Shown one piece after another: positions 10,599 through 20,965 of a DNA stretch of 64,000 bases. Source of the stretch: Candidatus Bathyarchaeum tardum. Lineage in GTDB: Archaea > Thermoproteota > Bathyarchaeia > Bathyarchaeales > Bathyarchaeaceae. The stretch's first letter is position 1; each line of letters opens with the position of its first letter. The notes below the pieces were generated by a model. That model did not search any database and was not told the DNA's origin. It saw only the letters and a program-made list of their open reading frames with translations. The DNA lies in the NCBI GenBank assembly GCA_024650005.2, contig CP122380.1, forward strand, positions 480,001 through 544,000, read 5' to 3'. Both the position numbers and the translations under genes were made by a program.

Positions 10599-10791
10599 GT
10601 TTTCTCCTCCACAGTAGACCTTCAAGGCTCCATTATTAATAAAAGCCTATCAATCTCTTGTCAAACTCTGTTCGAGACTACTTTTAACTCTTCTGTGATT
10701 TGTCCGTTTAGGTTTTGTTTGTTCAAAGTTTAGTTGAAATCAATATTCTTGTACCAAAATTGTTTTATTGCTTAGAGTCAGAACCTGAATA

Positions 10792-10867
10792 GAACACACG
10801 CAACATATTTCAAGGTTGAATCTGCGTTCCCACCCACACGACAATTCACCTTTTTTTGCGTGTGTTC
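10792..10867. repeat. Long intergenic hairpin (12-bp perfect inverted repeat plus inner stem)
   Basis: GAACACACGCAA (10792-10803) / TTGCGTGTGTTC (10856-10867); inner AAGG-TGAAT / ATTCA-CCTT. Confidence 0.7.
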
Positions 10868-10893
10868 CCCCTTTTCCTTTTCTAACAATAATT

Positions 10894-12861
10894 TTAGTCG
10901 TCGTAGTCTTCACGGCGTTTTCTAATGAAAACTATTGCAGAAACTGCTGCAGCACCACCCCCACCACCAATTATGTAAATGAAGTACTGGTTTAGGAATG
11001 TGTCTGTTACCGTGAAAGTGGTTACGTTGCTGTATGCCTGGCTTAATGTATCGTTTTCTGCTAAGTTTGCGTGAACTTGCCAAATTCCCATGGCTGTGGG
11101 TTCCCATTTTGCTGTATATGTTCCGTTTTCATCGGTGATTACACGTTTTGTGGTGGTTGTGTTCTGGTCGATAAACACCAAGTTAACCGATAAATTGGCT
11201 GCTCTTGGGATTGTCACTCCCGTTATTGTTATGTTCTCTCCAATCTCAACAGTTTTTGAAGTTACGTTACATGATACCGCTATGTAATTTTTCAGTATTG
11301 TAAAACTTTCTTGTTCACTGGTTGTTCCAAAGTATGTTTCGCTTCCATTCCAAGTTGCCCAAACTAGCCAATCTCCACCTTTTTTTAACGGTGGCACGTC
11401 AGAAAAACTGCCTGAAGCGTCTGTAGTTGCTATTCTGGATATTACTGTATCAGTTGAAGTTTCATTTTGTGTTGTATCTTCTGTTGTCTTGTTGGATATT
11501 GTGGTTGCTAAAAAGTCACTTTCCAGTTGATAGTATAATGTAACGTTTCCTTTTCCAGCTCGGGTTGAACCTATTACTGTGATTGAGTTTCCATATTCCA
11601 CAACTTTGCTTGAAACATCCAAAGTTATGTTTTCAGAATTTTTCACCCAGTAACTGCCACTGATTTGTCCAATGTTCCCGCCTACGTCTTTTGCCTCAAC
11701 CGTGTATTCGATTAAGGTTCCCGCAGGTTGTCCTGGAATTGTTGCAGTGAATATTTGGTTTTGTTCTGTTTCCATCTCGATGCTCGAGTATTTTTCCCCG
11801 TTATCTTTTGTGTAATTCATTGTTACAGATTCTAAGTTGAATTGTTCTTCTATGAGCACGTTTATGTCTGTTCCTATGTTGGGTTCTGCTTTTTCCACAT
11901 TGTCAATTATTGTTAGTTCTGGTTGGTCAAAATCTGTTTTAACCATGAATTTGATTTTGCCGTTTCCATGTTCAGCTATTAGTGCAAGGTGATATAATAT
12001 GTCTCCTTGACTTGGGGCTGTGAAGTTGATTAGCATGTCTTGTCCTGGATATTCGCAGCTTGCCATAGCGTCTTTGATTCTTACTCCTTTGCTGTTAACG
12101 TTGTATCCGCCATAAATTCCTGAAAGTTTTCCATATAGTCCCTGTTCTATTGGTAATGGTAAACCGTTTAGAACTGTGCCTGCTCCTGCAGATGGGTTTG
12201 CCATAATATACAATCGGGCTTCGTACATGTCCAGACTGTCGGGAACTTGAACAATAACCTCTATTTGGCTAGCGTTTGTGGTGAATTCGTATCCCCACGA
12301 AGTTTTTAGAACGGGATTGTCGTTTACTTTTCCTTCCATGTCCAGCTCGTACCATTGGTCTGTTTTAATGTGTTCAATTATCATCAAAGTGGCTGCTTGG
12401 GCACCGTTGCTTTCTCTGGCGTCGTTTTTAATTTGGAAACTGTAATCTCCCGTTTTTTCTGGAATAAAAAATGGGTGATCAACTGTCGTTCCCAAGTGTT
12501 CAGGCAATCCCGCAGCTTCAGTGTGGTAAGACTCTAATTTTCCTGAAGGATTATAAACGAAAAGGTCGTAGTCTGTTTTGTTGGTTTCTGGGGCGTAGTC
12601 TATCCACTCACCATAGCAGTAAACTCGGTACATTTTTCCCTCTTCTAGGGGATACACAAAAGTTTTGTATTCTCCAATTTCAATCTCGGATGCATTGATA
12701 TAAACAGGAAGAACAGGTTTACTAATGTAATCCCATTTACCCAATGGATAAGGAACATTGGGTGCTGCACACACAGTGCAAGGTATTGTAATGATACTTG
12801 TCACTGTCCAAACTAGTATGATTGTGAATAAAAACAATCCTTTAGTCGACCACCCACCCAC
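10894..12861 (-). CDS. Secreted, C-terminally membrane-anchored surface protein with beta-sandwich/Ig-like domains
   Basis: N-terminal signal peptide, Thr-rich linker, many N-x-S/T sequons, C-terminal TM followed by RKRR. Confidence 0.75.
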   Translation of the reverse strand: MGGWSTKGLFLFTIILVWTVTSIITIPCTVCAAPNVPYPLGKWDYISKPVLPVYINASEIEIGEYKTFVYPLEEGKMYRVYCYGEWIDYAPETNKTDYDLFVYNPSGKLESYHTEAAGLPEHLGTTVDHPFFIPEKTGDYSFQIKNDARESNGAQAATLMIIEHIKTDQWYELDMEGKVNDNPVLKTSWGYEFTTNASQIEVIVQVPDSLDMYEARLYIMANPSAGAGTVLNGLPLPIEQGLYGKLSGIYGGYNVNSKGVRIKDAMASCEYPGQDMLINFTAPSQGDILYHLALIAEHGNGKIKFMVKTDFDQPELTIIDNVEKAEPNIGTDINVLIEEQFNLESVTMNYTKDNGEKYSSIEMETEQNQIFTATIPGQPAGTLIEYTVEAKDVGGNIGQISGSYWVKNSENITLDVSSKVVEYGNSITVIGSTRAGKGNVTLYYQLESDFLATTISNKTTEDTTQNETSTDTVISRIATTDASGSFSDVPPLKKGGDWLVWATWNGSETYFGTTSEQESFTILKNYIAVSCNVTSKTVEIGENITITGVTIPRAANLSVNLVFIDQNTTTTKRVITDENGTYTAKWEPTAMGIWQVHANLAENDTLSQAYSNVTTFTVTDTFLNQYFIYIIGGGGGAAAVSAIVFIRKRREDYDD

Positions 12862-13104
12862 GACTATTCCTCACTGTTTTTTGTTGAGTTACCTCAATTT
12901 CTGATAGCAAGTTAGTAATTGAGAGTAAAAATGGTTATGAATATGGGCTAACTACCTAAAATATTGATTTATTCAATTACTGGATTTAACTGATAATATG
13001 CCTTTTAACATATACTTTTGCATTTTTTATGTCAGTTCAATATGTTACACACGCTTTTTTTTATGTCTTTTTTATCGAATATTTGATTGGAGCATAGGAG
13101 CATT

Positions 13105-13506
13105 ATGTCTGCACCAGAAGAAACTTACGACGAGGCAGAAGCCGAAGAGGAAGAAGAGGAAACTAAACTTCTTAACGCTGAACAAGTAACCACAATTGCT
13201 ACTGATTTTTTGAAACGATTAGGAAACAAGCAGATGCTCAAGCCAGTTAAAGCCTCCCTGGAAGAGGAAGAGGAAATCTATGTTGTAGAAGTAGCATTAA
13301 GCAAAAAAATTGCAACTGTTCAAGTAAACGCTACTACTGAACAAATCATAGAATACGAAATCATAGCCAAAGAACAAGAAACACCATCTAACTCATTTCT
13401 ACCCCTCACTCCACAAAACATAATGGTTCTTGCCGGAACAGCAATCGGATCCGTAATCATTTCAGCGCTATTAGGACTACAATCCCTAATACCTAGCATA
13501 CTATAG
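13105..13506 (+). CDS. Hypothetical protein: acidic N-terminus, PepSY-like core, C-terminal TM
   Basis: AEQVTTIA...YVVEV...VQVNATTEQII resembles PepSY; GGAG SD before ATG 13105. Confidence 0.55.
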   Translation: MSAPEETYDEAEAEEEEEETKLLNAEQVTTIATDFLKRLGNKQMLKPVKASLEEEEEIYVVEVALSKKIATVQVNATTEQIIEYEIIAKEQETPSNSFLPLTPQNIMVLAGTAIGSVIISALLGLQSLIPSIL

Positions 13507-13706
13507 CAGTAAACTTCAACCTCCAAAACATAGGTCAACCAAAAAATCCCTTTTTTGGTCACATAATTCGGAACAATTTTTATTATTCCTTAGTTTTTTA
13601 GAAAAAAACTTTTCAATATAGAACTAATGTTAAAACACTAATATGCTAAATCATCTAACTATTTTGGTTTAATCGTGCTTGGGTTGCTGGTTTTTTAAAG
13701 GGAACT

Positions 13707-14708
13707 TTAGCACCATTTTATAATTTGTTGTGGGATTTTAGTTATTGGAAGGATTTTGTCAACATTTCCTTCTTCTATGGCTATTTTGGGCATGCCATAT
13801 ACAGTGCATGTCTTTTTGTTTTGGGCTATTGTTTTTCCGCCCTTTTCTTTGATGGCTTTCATGCCCCAAGAGCCGTCCCGTCCCATTCCGGTTAGGATTA
13901 CTCCGATCACTTGGTCTTGAAAAACTCGGGCTGCTGTTTTCATCATGGGGTCAACTGCTGGCCGGACTCCATGGATGTTGGGTCCTTTGTCTAGTTTTAT
14001 CCTTCCGTTGCCTGAAACTGTCATGTGTTGACCTGCAGGGGCAATAAGGGTTAGTCCGTGTTCAATTTTATCTCCTTTTTCTGCCTCTTTTACTTGGAAA
14101 CTGCAAAGCTTGTCTAACCTTTCTGCAAACAACTTAGTGAAACCCTTTGGCATGTGCTGAACAATCAGTATAGGGGGACTGTTTTCTGGTAGATGAACCA
14201 AAACTTCTTCTACTGCGGGAGGTCCTCCAGTTGAAGCCCCAATAGTAATGATTTTTTCTGCGATTTCTTGTTTAATTTTAATTGGTGAATAAGTTTCGTG
14301 TTCATGAGTAACAAGGTTTGCTTCTGCAGCAGTTTTGATTTTTTCTACAAGTTCATTTCTTACTTTTTCTATATCCAACGAGATTTGTCCTGAAGGTTTT
14401 TGGATATAATCTACAGCTCCTAGCCTAAGTGCTTTGAAAGTTGTTTCTGCCCCTTCTTTGGTGGTTGCACTAACCATTACCACTGGCTTGGGATTTGTTT
14501 TCATTATCTCTTTTAATGTAGTTAAACCGTCCATCCGCGGCATGTTAACGTCTAACGTGATTACGTCGGGGTCCAATTCTTTGATTTTTTTTAAGGCATT
14601 AAGTCCATCAAAAGCAGATCCAACAACAGTTAAATCAGGGTCTGAGTCAACAATTTTAGTGATAACCTTTCGCATAAACGCAGAGTCATCAACGACTAAA
14701 ACTTTCAA
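13707..14708 (-). CDS. cheB: Chemotaxis methylesterase CheB
   Basis: Receiver domain (VVDDS, DVNMP) plus GASTGG, VQHMP, LTGMGRDG. Confidence 0.97.
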   Translation of the reverse strand: MKVLVVDDSAFMRKVITKIVDSDPDLTVVGSAFDGLNALKKIKELDPDVITLDVNMPRMDGLTTLKEIMKTNPKPVVMVSATTKEGAETTFKALRLGAVDYIQKPSGQISLDIEKVRNELVEKIKTAAEANLVTHEHETYSPIKIKQEIAEKIITIGASTGGPPAVEEVLVHLPENSPPILIVQHMPKGFTKLFAERLDKLCSFQVKEAEKGDKIEHGLTLIAPAGQHMTVSGNGRIKLDKGPNIHGVRPAVDPMMKTAARVFQDQVIGVILTGMGRDGSWGMKAIKEKGGKTIAQNKKTCTVYGMPKIAIEEGNVDKILPITKIPQQIIKWC

Positions 14709-14812
14709 AATGTATTCCCCACAAAATCACCATCAAATTTGAGTTATGCCTAAAAAGGGGAAAGGAACAAAAATTTTTGTTCAATTATTGGCTAATCACG
14801 TTTGTTATTTAG

Positions 14813-15313
14813 TTAAGCAATTGGAACGATTTTTGCTGCAGGTTCCTTATTGCGCGCGGAAGTTTCTTGCTCATCCGCTTCTTCTTTGCTGTCACTGATT
14901 ATTTTGGCCAAATCCAGAATGACTACCAGTTTTTCTTTTTGTTTTCCAACGCCAACCACATATTCTTCCAGTTTTTTTGTTACCTGAATGCCCCTTTCAA
15001 TGTCTGCTTCAGCGATTGTTGAAACCTCTGTTACAGAATCAACTACAATGCCCACTGCAGTTTTTCCCATCTCGATGACAATAATTTTTTCACCGCTACT
15101 TTCTTTGCCTTCTAGGTTCAAGCGTTTGCGAAGGTCCATTACTGTTATGATTTGTCCTCGAAGGTTAGTTACGCCTTCAACGTAGCTGGGGGCTCCGGGA
15201 ACCGGAGTTACAGCTTGCACATCTCGAACTTCCCTGACTTGCTCCACGGGTGCGCCGTAGTTTACGTCTCCAACCGTAAAGTTGACGATTTGTATTCCAT
15301 TAGTTACTGCCAT
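14813..15313 (-). CDS. cheW: Chemotaxis coupling protein CheW
   Basis: VREV, VTPVPGAPSYVEGVTNLRGQI, GIVVDSVTEV. Confidence 0.95.
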   Translation of the reverse strand: MAVTNGIQIVNFTVGDVNYGAPVEQVREVRDVQAVTPVPGAPSYVEGVTNLRGQIITVMDLRKRLNLEGKESSGEKIIVIEMGKTAVGIVVDSVTEVSTIAEADIERGIQVTKKLEEYVVGVGKQKEKLVVILDLAKIISDSKEEADEQETSARNKEPAAKIVPIA

Positions 15314-15324
15314 GCTTGATGCCC

Positions 15325-17091
15325 CTACTGCCACATGTCTTTGAACATCTTGACTTCAGATTCAATCTTTTTAGCAAGTTCCATGATTCTGGTTACTTCT
15401 TCCTGAACTTTGGTTGCTGCTACTGCTACTTCTTCGGTTGCTGCGGTTTGTTCTTCAATGCTGGCTGCAGTTTGTTCAGATGCAGATGCAGATTCTTCAG
15501 AGAAACTTGCTACCTGCTCAACAACTCCACCTACGTCTTCAAGGTATCTCACAGATTCTTGGACTGCTGCTTGTAGGTTCTTGGTTACTCCCAGAATTTG
15601 TTGCATGGATTCCGCTACTTTTTGGGAACCAGTAACTGCATCGTTAACATTCATGTCACCTTCTACGGCTGCTTGATCTGCGCTTTTTGACATAGTTCCT
15701 GCACGTTCTCCGGCTTTGGTAATTGTATCAATAGATTCAACAGATGTTTTTGCTGCAGTTCCTGCTTGTCCGGCGAGTTGTTTTACTGCATCGGCTACGA
15801 CTGCGAATCCTCGTCCTGCCTCGCCTGCTCGAGCTGCTTCGATTGCAGCATTCAAGGCTAACATGTTAATTTGTCCTGCAATTTGGGATATATCGTCTGC
15901 TAATCCAGCAACGTTTTTGACTGAAGCGTTTACTTCACTGATAGTTATTCCAACATCGCTTGATGCTGCTTTGATTGCGTTTAATGATTTTAGGGCTTCT
16001 TTTCCGTTTTCACTGGCTTCTTGTGCTACTTTGTTAGATGTGTCTACAATTTTGTTTACTTCTTCAGTATTTGTGCTAACGTTGGTCATTTTTTGCATCA
16101 AAACTTGGACGTTCTTTTGTGTTTCTTGAGCAAGTTTAGAAAGGCTTTGGGCACCATCCGAAACATTTTGCGAGGCAGCCATTACCTGTTCCATTGTGTT
16201 GCTTAATCTTTCAGATGCTTGTGCTGATTGTGCACCCATTGCACCGATGTTTTCTGCTGTTGAGAGTATCTCTGTTGAAAGACCAGCAATGTTATCAGAC
16301 ACAGAAGTGCTAACTTGAACCAAACTTTGAGTGTTTTCTAGCATCTGTTTAATTTCAGTAATATCAACGACTGACTCAATTGCACCAATCACTTTTCCTG
16401 TATTATCAAAAAGTGGTGAACCCGTGTAACGAATGTGCCATTTACCATCTGAAATAGTCTCAGATGTTTCTGGCTTTTTGTTTTTCATTGCAATAGCACA
16501 TGCACATTTCGGTGTTTTGCAATCTTCTGTTTTGTAAAGATTGTAACATTTCTTTCCAATGAACTTGTCAGGAGTTGATCCCAACAAGCTTGCTGCATAT
16601 TCATTGAGGAATGTAACTTCAAAATCTTTGTTTATTGCGACAATGGATGCTTGAGCTCCTTGTAGATATTGTGCTTGTTTTTCAGCTAATTCGACTTCCT
16701 TTTTGAGGGAAGTTATATCGACCAAGTATTCTACTGCACCAATAACTTTACCTTTGTCATCACAAAGTGGTGAGCCTGTGTTCCAAATCCGCATTTCGCT
16801 GTTTCTTGTTTGAGCAGTTGCTTGTTTCTTTTTCTTCATTGCAATCGCACAAACACATTTGGGTGTTTTGCAGTCTTTAGTTTTGAAAAGGTCATAACAT
16901 TTTTTTCCAACAAGTTTGTCCGGGTTTGACTTCAGCATTTTCGCGCCGAACTCGTTGATGTATGTAACATCAAAATCTTTGTTTATTGCTACAACTGCCC
17001 CCTGAACGCCTTCAAGATACTGAGTATAAGTGTTAGATGTTTCATCTAATTGTGTTGTTTTCGCCAATTTGTTTTCCTCCGAATTCCCCAA
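15325..17091 (-). CDS. Soluble methyl-accepting chemotaxis protein with two Cys-rich PAS domains
   Basis: No TM segment; two repeats with GKKCY..CKTPKC.C and GSPL.D..GKVIGA; signalling tip IAGQINMLALNAAIEAARAGEAGRGFAVVADAV. Confidence 0.93.
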   Translation of the reverse strand: MGNSEENKLAKTTQLDETSNTYTQYLEGVQGAVVAINKDFDVTYINEFGAKMLKSNPDKLVGKKCYDLFKTKDCKTPKCVCAIAMKKKKQATAQTRNSEMRIWNTGSPLCDDKGKVIGAVEYLVDITSLKKEVELAEKQAQYLQGAQASIVAINKDFEVTFLNEYAASLLGSTPDKFIGKKCYNLYKTEDCKTPKCACAIAMKNKKPETSETISDGKWHIRYTGSPLFDNTGKVIGAIESVVDITEIKQMLENTQSLVQVSTSVSDNIAGLSTEILSTAENIGAMGAQSAQASERLSNTMEQVMAASQNVSDGAQSLSKLAQETQKNVQVLMQKMTNVSTNTEEVNKIVDTSNKVAQEASENGKEALKSLNAIKAASSDVGITISEVNASVKNVAGLADDISQIAGQINMLALNAAIEAARAGEAGRGFAVVADAVKQLAGQAGTAAKTSVESIDTITKAGERAGTMSKSADQAAVEGDMNVNDAVTGSQKVAESMQQILGVTKNLQAAVQESVRYLEDVGGVVEQVASFSEESASASEQTAASIEEQTAATEEVAVAATKVQEEVTRIMELAKKIESEVKMFKDMWQ

Positions 17092-17468
17092 TAAAAAAAA
17101 TGTAGATTCAAAAAACTATTACATTGTGTGCATACACAAGTCAGACACACAATAATGAATCACGTTTTCAAAAAACTAAACTCACATTTTTAATGTTGAA
17201 CCCGTTTCCATTATTTCCTATTGTTCTCCATATGATGCCGTAATAGTAATTCACCATATCAAAAATTTATAAGTCAAAAATTATACGGAAAGCACAACTC
17301 CGTTAAGGGCTGAAATGTTCACGCATTAGTAACCTGTTCAGCTGCTATTTGTTTGTGGATTGCAGTTTCACCATGGTTTGGGATTATTTTCTTGAGTTCA
17401 AAATTAATTTTTTTGCCAAGGATAACTATGAGCTTATCCCCATTTTTCTAACACCTACCACGCAGTTA

Positions 17469-18296
17469 TCAACCTTTTTGGTAAATTCGGCATTTTGAGT
17501 TAACGTCAACAAATTTTTGGCTGGCTTCTCCAGCGATAAATTCTGTCTTGCCTGATATCAAGTAGCCCTCTGGTCGCAGGGAGTTATAGAAATGTCCGTA
17601 AATTATTTGTTGAATTTCTCTGGAAAAGTAGATCATGACATTTCGGCATAAAATTAAATCCAGGTTCCGGCGCACCGGTGGAGCCATTAAATCTTGTTTT
17701 TCGAAATGAATAATCTCTTTTATAAAGGGTTTAACCTTGTATATGTTGTCTTCAAAGTCAAAATATTTTTCAAGCAACTTTTTGTTGATGCTTTCTGTTG
17801 CTCGTTTATCGTATTCTCCACGAGCTGACTTGTCCAGAACTGTTTCATCGATGTCTGAAGCGTATATTGTAACTCGTCGTTCTTTTGGTGGAATTTTTGA
17901 AACTTCATGAATTAGCATGGCCAGAGAATATGGCTCTTCACCTGTTGCGCATCCTGCGCTCCAAATTCTAATCCATGGTTTGGATGAGAATATGAGTTTA
18001 GGAAGAAGTGTGTCTTTCAAAAAATCGTAGACGTCTGTGTCCCTGAAGAATTTGGTGTAGTTTACTGTGACATCGTCGATTAATCGCTTAAATTCTGCTG
18101 GATTTGTTTTAAGAAATTGCATGTACTTGGAGTAAGTGTGAGTTTTTGTTAGGGTTAATCTTACTTTTAATCGCCTTTTCAAGTAAGACTCACGGTAGTA
18201 ATCAAAATTAATTCCCGTACCTTGATTCATTACCTCTTTGAGCATTTGAAAATCAATTTCAGTGCCTACGTCTACAGTTGAACATGTTTGATTCAC
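17469..18296 (-). CDS. cheR: Chemotaxis methyltransferase CheR
   Basis: TVNYTKFFRD, IWSAGCATGEEPYSLAM, ASDID, CRNVMIYF. Confidence 0.97.
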   Translation of the reverse strand: MNQTCSTVDVGTEIDFQMLKEVMNQGTGINFDYYRESYLKRRLKVRLTLTKTHTYSKYMQFLKTNPAEFKRLIDDVTVNYTKFFRDTDVYDFLKDTLLPKLIFSSKPWIRIWSAGCATGEEPYSLAMLIHEVSKIPPKERRVTIYASDIDETVLDKSARGEYDKRATESINKKLLEKYFDFEDNIYKVKPFIKEIIHFEKQDLMAPPVRRNLDLILCRNVMIYFSREIQQIIYGHFYNSLRPEGYLISGKTEFIAGEASQKFVDVNSKCRIYQKG

Positions 18297-18492
18297 TTAG
18301 TTTCCACCCACACACCTTATCAAACAACTTCAGCTTCTAGATAGGAGTTATGAACTCTTAGTTAATATTTTCAATAACCCCAACAATTATTCAAACAACA
18401 ATTTTCTGCAATCAAAGGTGAACGCCAATAACTCATTTGTGTAAACAAAAAACCGCAATGTGTCAATCTTGGATAGAATATAGTTGGTTTTA

Positions 18493-19149
18493 CTATAGCC
18501 ATTCTTGGCTCTGTGTTACAAGTAATTCTTGGAGTTCTACACTTGGGAAAACTACTAAGCTTCCTCCGACTTCGCTGGTGCTTCGTCTGAAACAAGCGTC
18601 AAACACTAATGCGGCCTCTGTAAGTAAGGCCTGTTTTACAAGAAAGCTATCTAGAACACACTCAAAAGGTCCTCTGACCAGGCTGGGTGGTCTTGGAACC
18701 ATTTCCACTCCAGTAAAGTCTGCAATTGCACTGAGAAATCCGCCAATCATGATGTTTCCCAATTCTGCTACTGCAGAGTTTTCTGTGTCTTCGTCAAGTT
18801 CTTCTGGTGTGGTCATTGCCATCATGGCTGCGATTCTTTTTGCCTCTTCCATTTCTAATACCAATAAAATGTCGCAGTCTGCTTCTCCTCGTAGTTGCAT
18901 GTAAATGACCGTCATCATGTTATCACGGCTTCCAAACAGCCTTGGAACCAAATGTGGAGGTGAAACATGCAATCGGGGGACTTCTACTACTATTCTTTCG
19001 TTGAGGATGTCTGCAAGGGCTGTGGTTGCGTTTCCTGAACCTATGTTTCCTAATTCTAAAAGTATGTCACAGTTAAGTTGATTTTCTGGGTCAAAAGATT
19101 CCAGATTTTGACTGTTATTTTGTTTAAATGTTTGCAATTTTAAACCCAA
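18493..19149 (-). CDS. cheC: CheC-family phosphatase
   Basis: ELGNIGSGNA and AELGNI (ExxN) motifs. Confidence 0.9.
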   Translation of the reverse strand: MGLKLQTFKQNNSQNLESFDPENQLNCDILLELGNIGSGNATTALADILNERIVVEVPRLHVSPPHLVPRLFGSRDNMMTVIYMQLRGEADCDILLVLEMEEAKRIAAMMAMTTPEELDEDTENSAVAELGNIMIGGFLSAIADFTGVEMVPRPPSLVRGPFECVLDSFLVKQALLTEAALVFDACFRRSTSEVGGSLVVFPSVELQELLVTQSQEWL

Positions 19150-19757
19150 TCCTTTGCTTTATCTGTTAACGCTTTGTGCATTTCTTCACTTGGGAACATC
19201 ATTAGGACGCCACTTATGTTTCCGTCAGAACGTTTGAAATGTGTGTCAAAGATTATTGCCACATCAGAGTTGACTAACTGTTTTCCTGTGAACTTTTCAA
19301 ATATTCTTTCAAAGGAATCTGTTGTTCGTTCAGGTGGGTAAGGTACCAAATTTACACTTGTAAAATCAGACAATGCCGCTAAGAACGAACCGATTACAAT
19401 GTTTCCGAGCTCTTCTATTGCAGAAGTTTCCATTTCTGGGTCTAACTCTTCAATGGGCATCATTGTCATCATTGATGCTATTTTTTTTGCTTCTTTGTTT
19501 TCGAAAATCAGCAAGACATCGCAGTCGGCGTCTCCTCGTAGTTGCATGTAAATTCCAGTTGATTCAACACCCTGTTGTTCGTAAAAGTCTTGAACCCGTT
19601 CATTTGGCACAGCGTGAATTTTTGGAACTTCTATGGATATTTGTTCCTGAAAAATTTCAGATAACGATGTAGCTGCGTTACCTGCACCTATGCTTCCTAA
19701 TTCTAGAAAGATTTCAAGATCTAGGTCATTGCTTTTTTGCATTGCTTTTTCTATCAT
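19140..19757 (-). CDS. cheC: CheC-family phosphatase (second copy)
   Basis: ELGSIGAGNAATSLS and SAIEELGNI motifs. Confidence 0.9.
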   Translation of the reverse strand: MIEKAMQKSNDLDLEIFLELGSIGAGNAATSLSEIFQEQISIEVPKIHAVPNERVQDFYEQQGVESTGIYMQLRGDADCDVLLIFENKEAKKIASMMTMMPIEELDPEMETSAIEELGNIVIGSFLAALSDFTSVNLVPYPPERTTDSFERIFEKFTGKQLVNSDVAIIFDTHFKRSDGNISGVLMMFPSEEMHKALTDKAKDWV

Positions 19758-20272
19758 ATTTTTGTAGCATCTCCATTTCCGTTTCGCACGTAAACTTCTC
19801 CGGTAACAACATTGAATGTAACTTTTCGGCCAACTATTCCTGTAACGTCTTCTGCCAACAGTTTAATCCCATGTTCTGCTAGCGCCTGTTTCACTGCTTC
19901 CACATTTTTTGTTCCAATATTCATTGTATTAGAATTCAAGTTAGGAAACATGTTAGCGCCGCCTGCAATTTTGGCCGATAAGGCGAAGCTGCATTTTCCT
20001 GATTGCTTTAGTGCTTTTGTTAATGCTGGAACTGCTGTGTCAGCGTATTTTGAATGCAAAACGTCTTTACGGCATATGCTAGAACTTGGTAGCATTATAT
20101 GAGCCATTCCGCCGCACTTGTTTATTGGGTCATGGATGCATATCGCGACGCATGAGCCAACATTTGTTACCAGAGAAACTGGTCTTCGTTCAATTTTCAT
20201 TTCTGCCATGTCTACCCTGACTTCTTCTAGATGTCCCATTTTTGGACTTTGAGTGGTTGTAGTTGATGACAT
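19754..20272 (-). CDS. cheD: Chemoreceptor glutamine deamidase CheD
   Basis: GSCVAI, GGMAHIMLP, KYAD, AKIAGGANMF, IGTKNVE; start placed at MSSTT. Confidence 0.95.
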   Translation of the reverse strand: MSSTTTTQSPKMGHLEEVRVDMAEMKIERRPVSLVTNVGSCVAICIHDPINKCGGMAHIMLPSSSICRKDVLHSKYADTAVPALTKALKQSGKCSFALSAKIAGGANMFPNLNSNTMNIGTKNVEAVKQALAEHGIKLLAEDVTGIVGRKVTFNVVTGEVYVRNGNGDATKI

Positions 20273-20399
20273 TAAAGATGAAAAAATTGGTTTAGTTGTG
20301 CATGTTGAATCAAACCTGTTTGGTATTTTGGTTAGGTGTGTGTTTAATGGATTATTTGTTAATAGCAGTTGGAGAAGTCGGGTCCACACGGGGATGTCC

Positions 20400-20768
20400 T
20401 CAGCAGTATTTGGACAAAACTTCTAGAACTTTCTGGGGTTTGAAAGGTTTGGTTACGAAGTCCTTGGCTCCAGACTTCAAAGCTTCAACGATGAGGCTTT
20501 GTTGACCCATGCTGCTGCACATTACACATTTTGCTGCGGGGTCTTCTTCCATTATTTTTTTTAGGGCTTCAATTCCATCTTTGGTCATTTCCCCTGCTGG
20601 CATTACTATGTCCATTAGAACTAGGTCTGGTTTGTGTTGTCTGTATAGTAGTATTGCTTCGTCTCCTGAACCTGCTTCTGCGATTACGTCGTGTCCTGAT
20701 TGCATGACAATTCGTTTAAGCACGTTTCTCATGAATGAAGCATCGTCTGCTATTAGAACTCCTGCCAT
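20400..20768 (-). CDS. cheY: Chemotaxis response regulator CheY
   Basis: IADDA, MDIVMP, SSMGQ, GAKDFVTKPF; single receiver domain. Confidence 0.95.
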   Translation of the reverse strand: MAGVLIADDASFMRNVLKRIVMQSGHDVIAEAGSGDEAILLYRQHKPDLVLMDIVMPAGEMTKDGIEALKKIMEEDPAAKCVMCSSMGQQSLIVEALKSGAKDFVTKPFKPQKVLEVLSKYC

Positions 20769-20965
20769 GGTTAAAATCCTCCATAACCTCTTGGTTTGGT
20801 TGTGGTTTTTAGTGTTAAGATTCTCATTACGTTCCCACCCGAGAACGAGTAATAGTGAAAAACCAATAAAAATATTATGTCTTAATATATTCGATTACTA
20901 TGACCTATTACTGAACAATACCAAAAAACCCTAACAACAATCAAGTTTAACAAAAAAGGCAAAAA

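Noticed and set aside
17306-17345. Third BHB element (GGGCTGAAA...TTCAGC)
   Set aside because: Shares the 9-mer but forms only a simple stem, with no second bulge or flanking helices; the same holds for the match near 26039.
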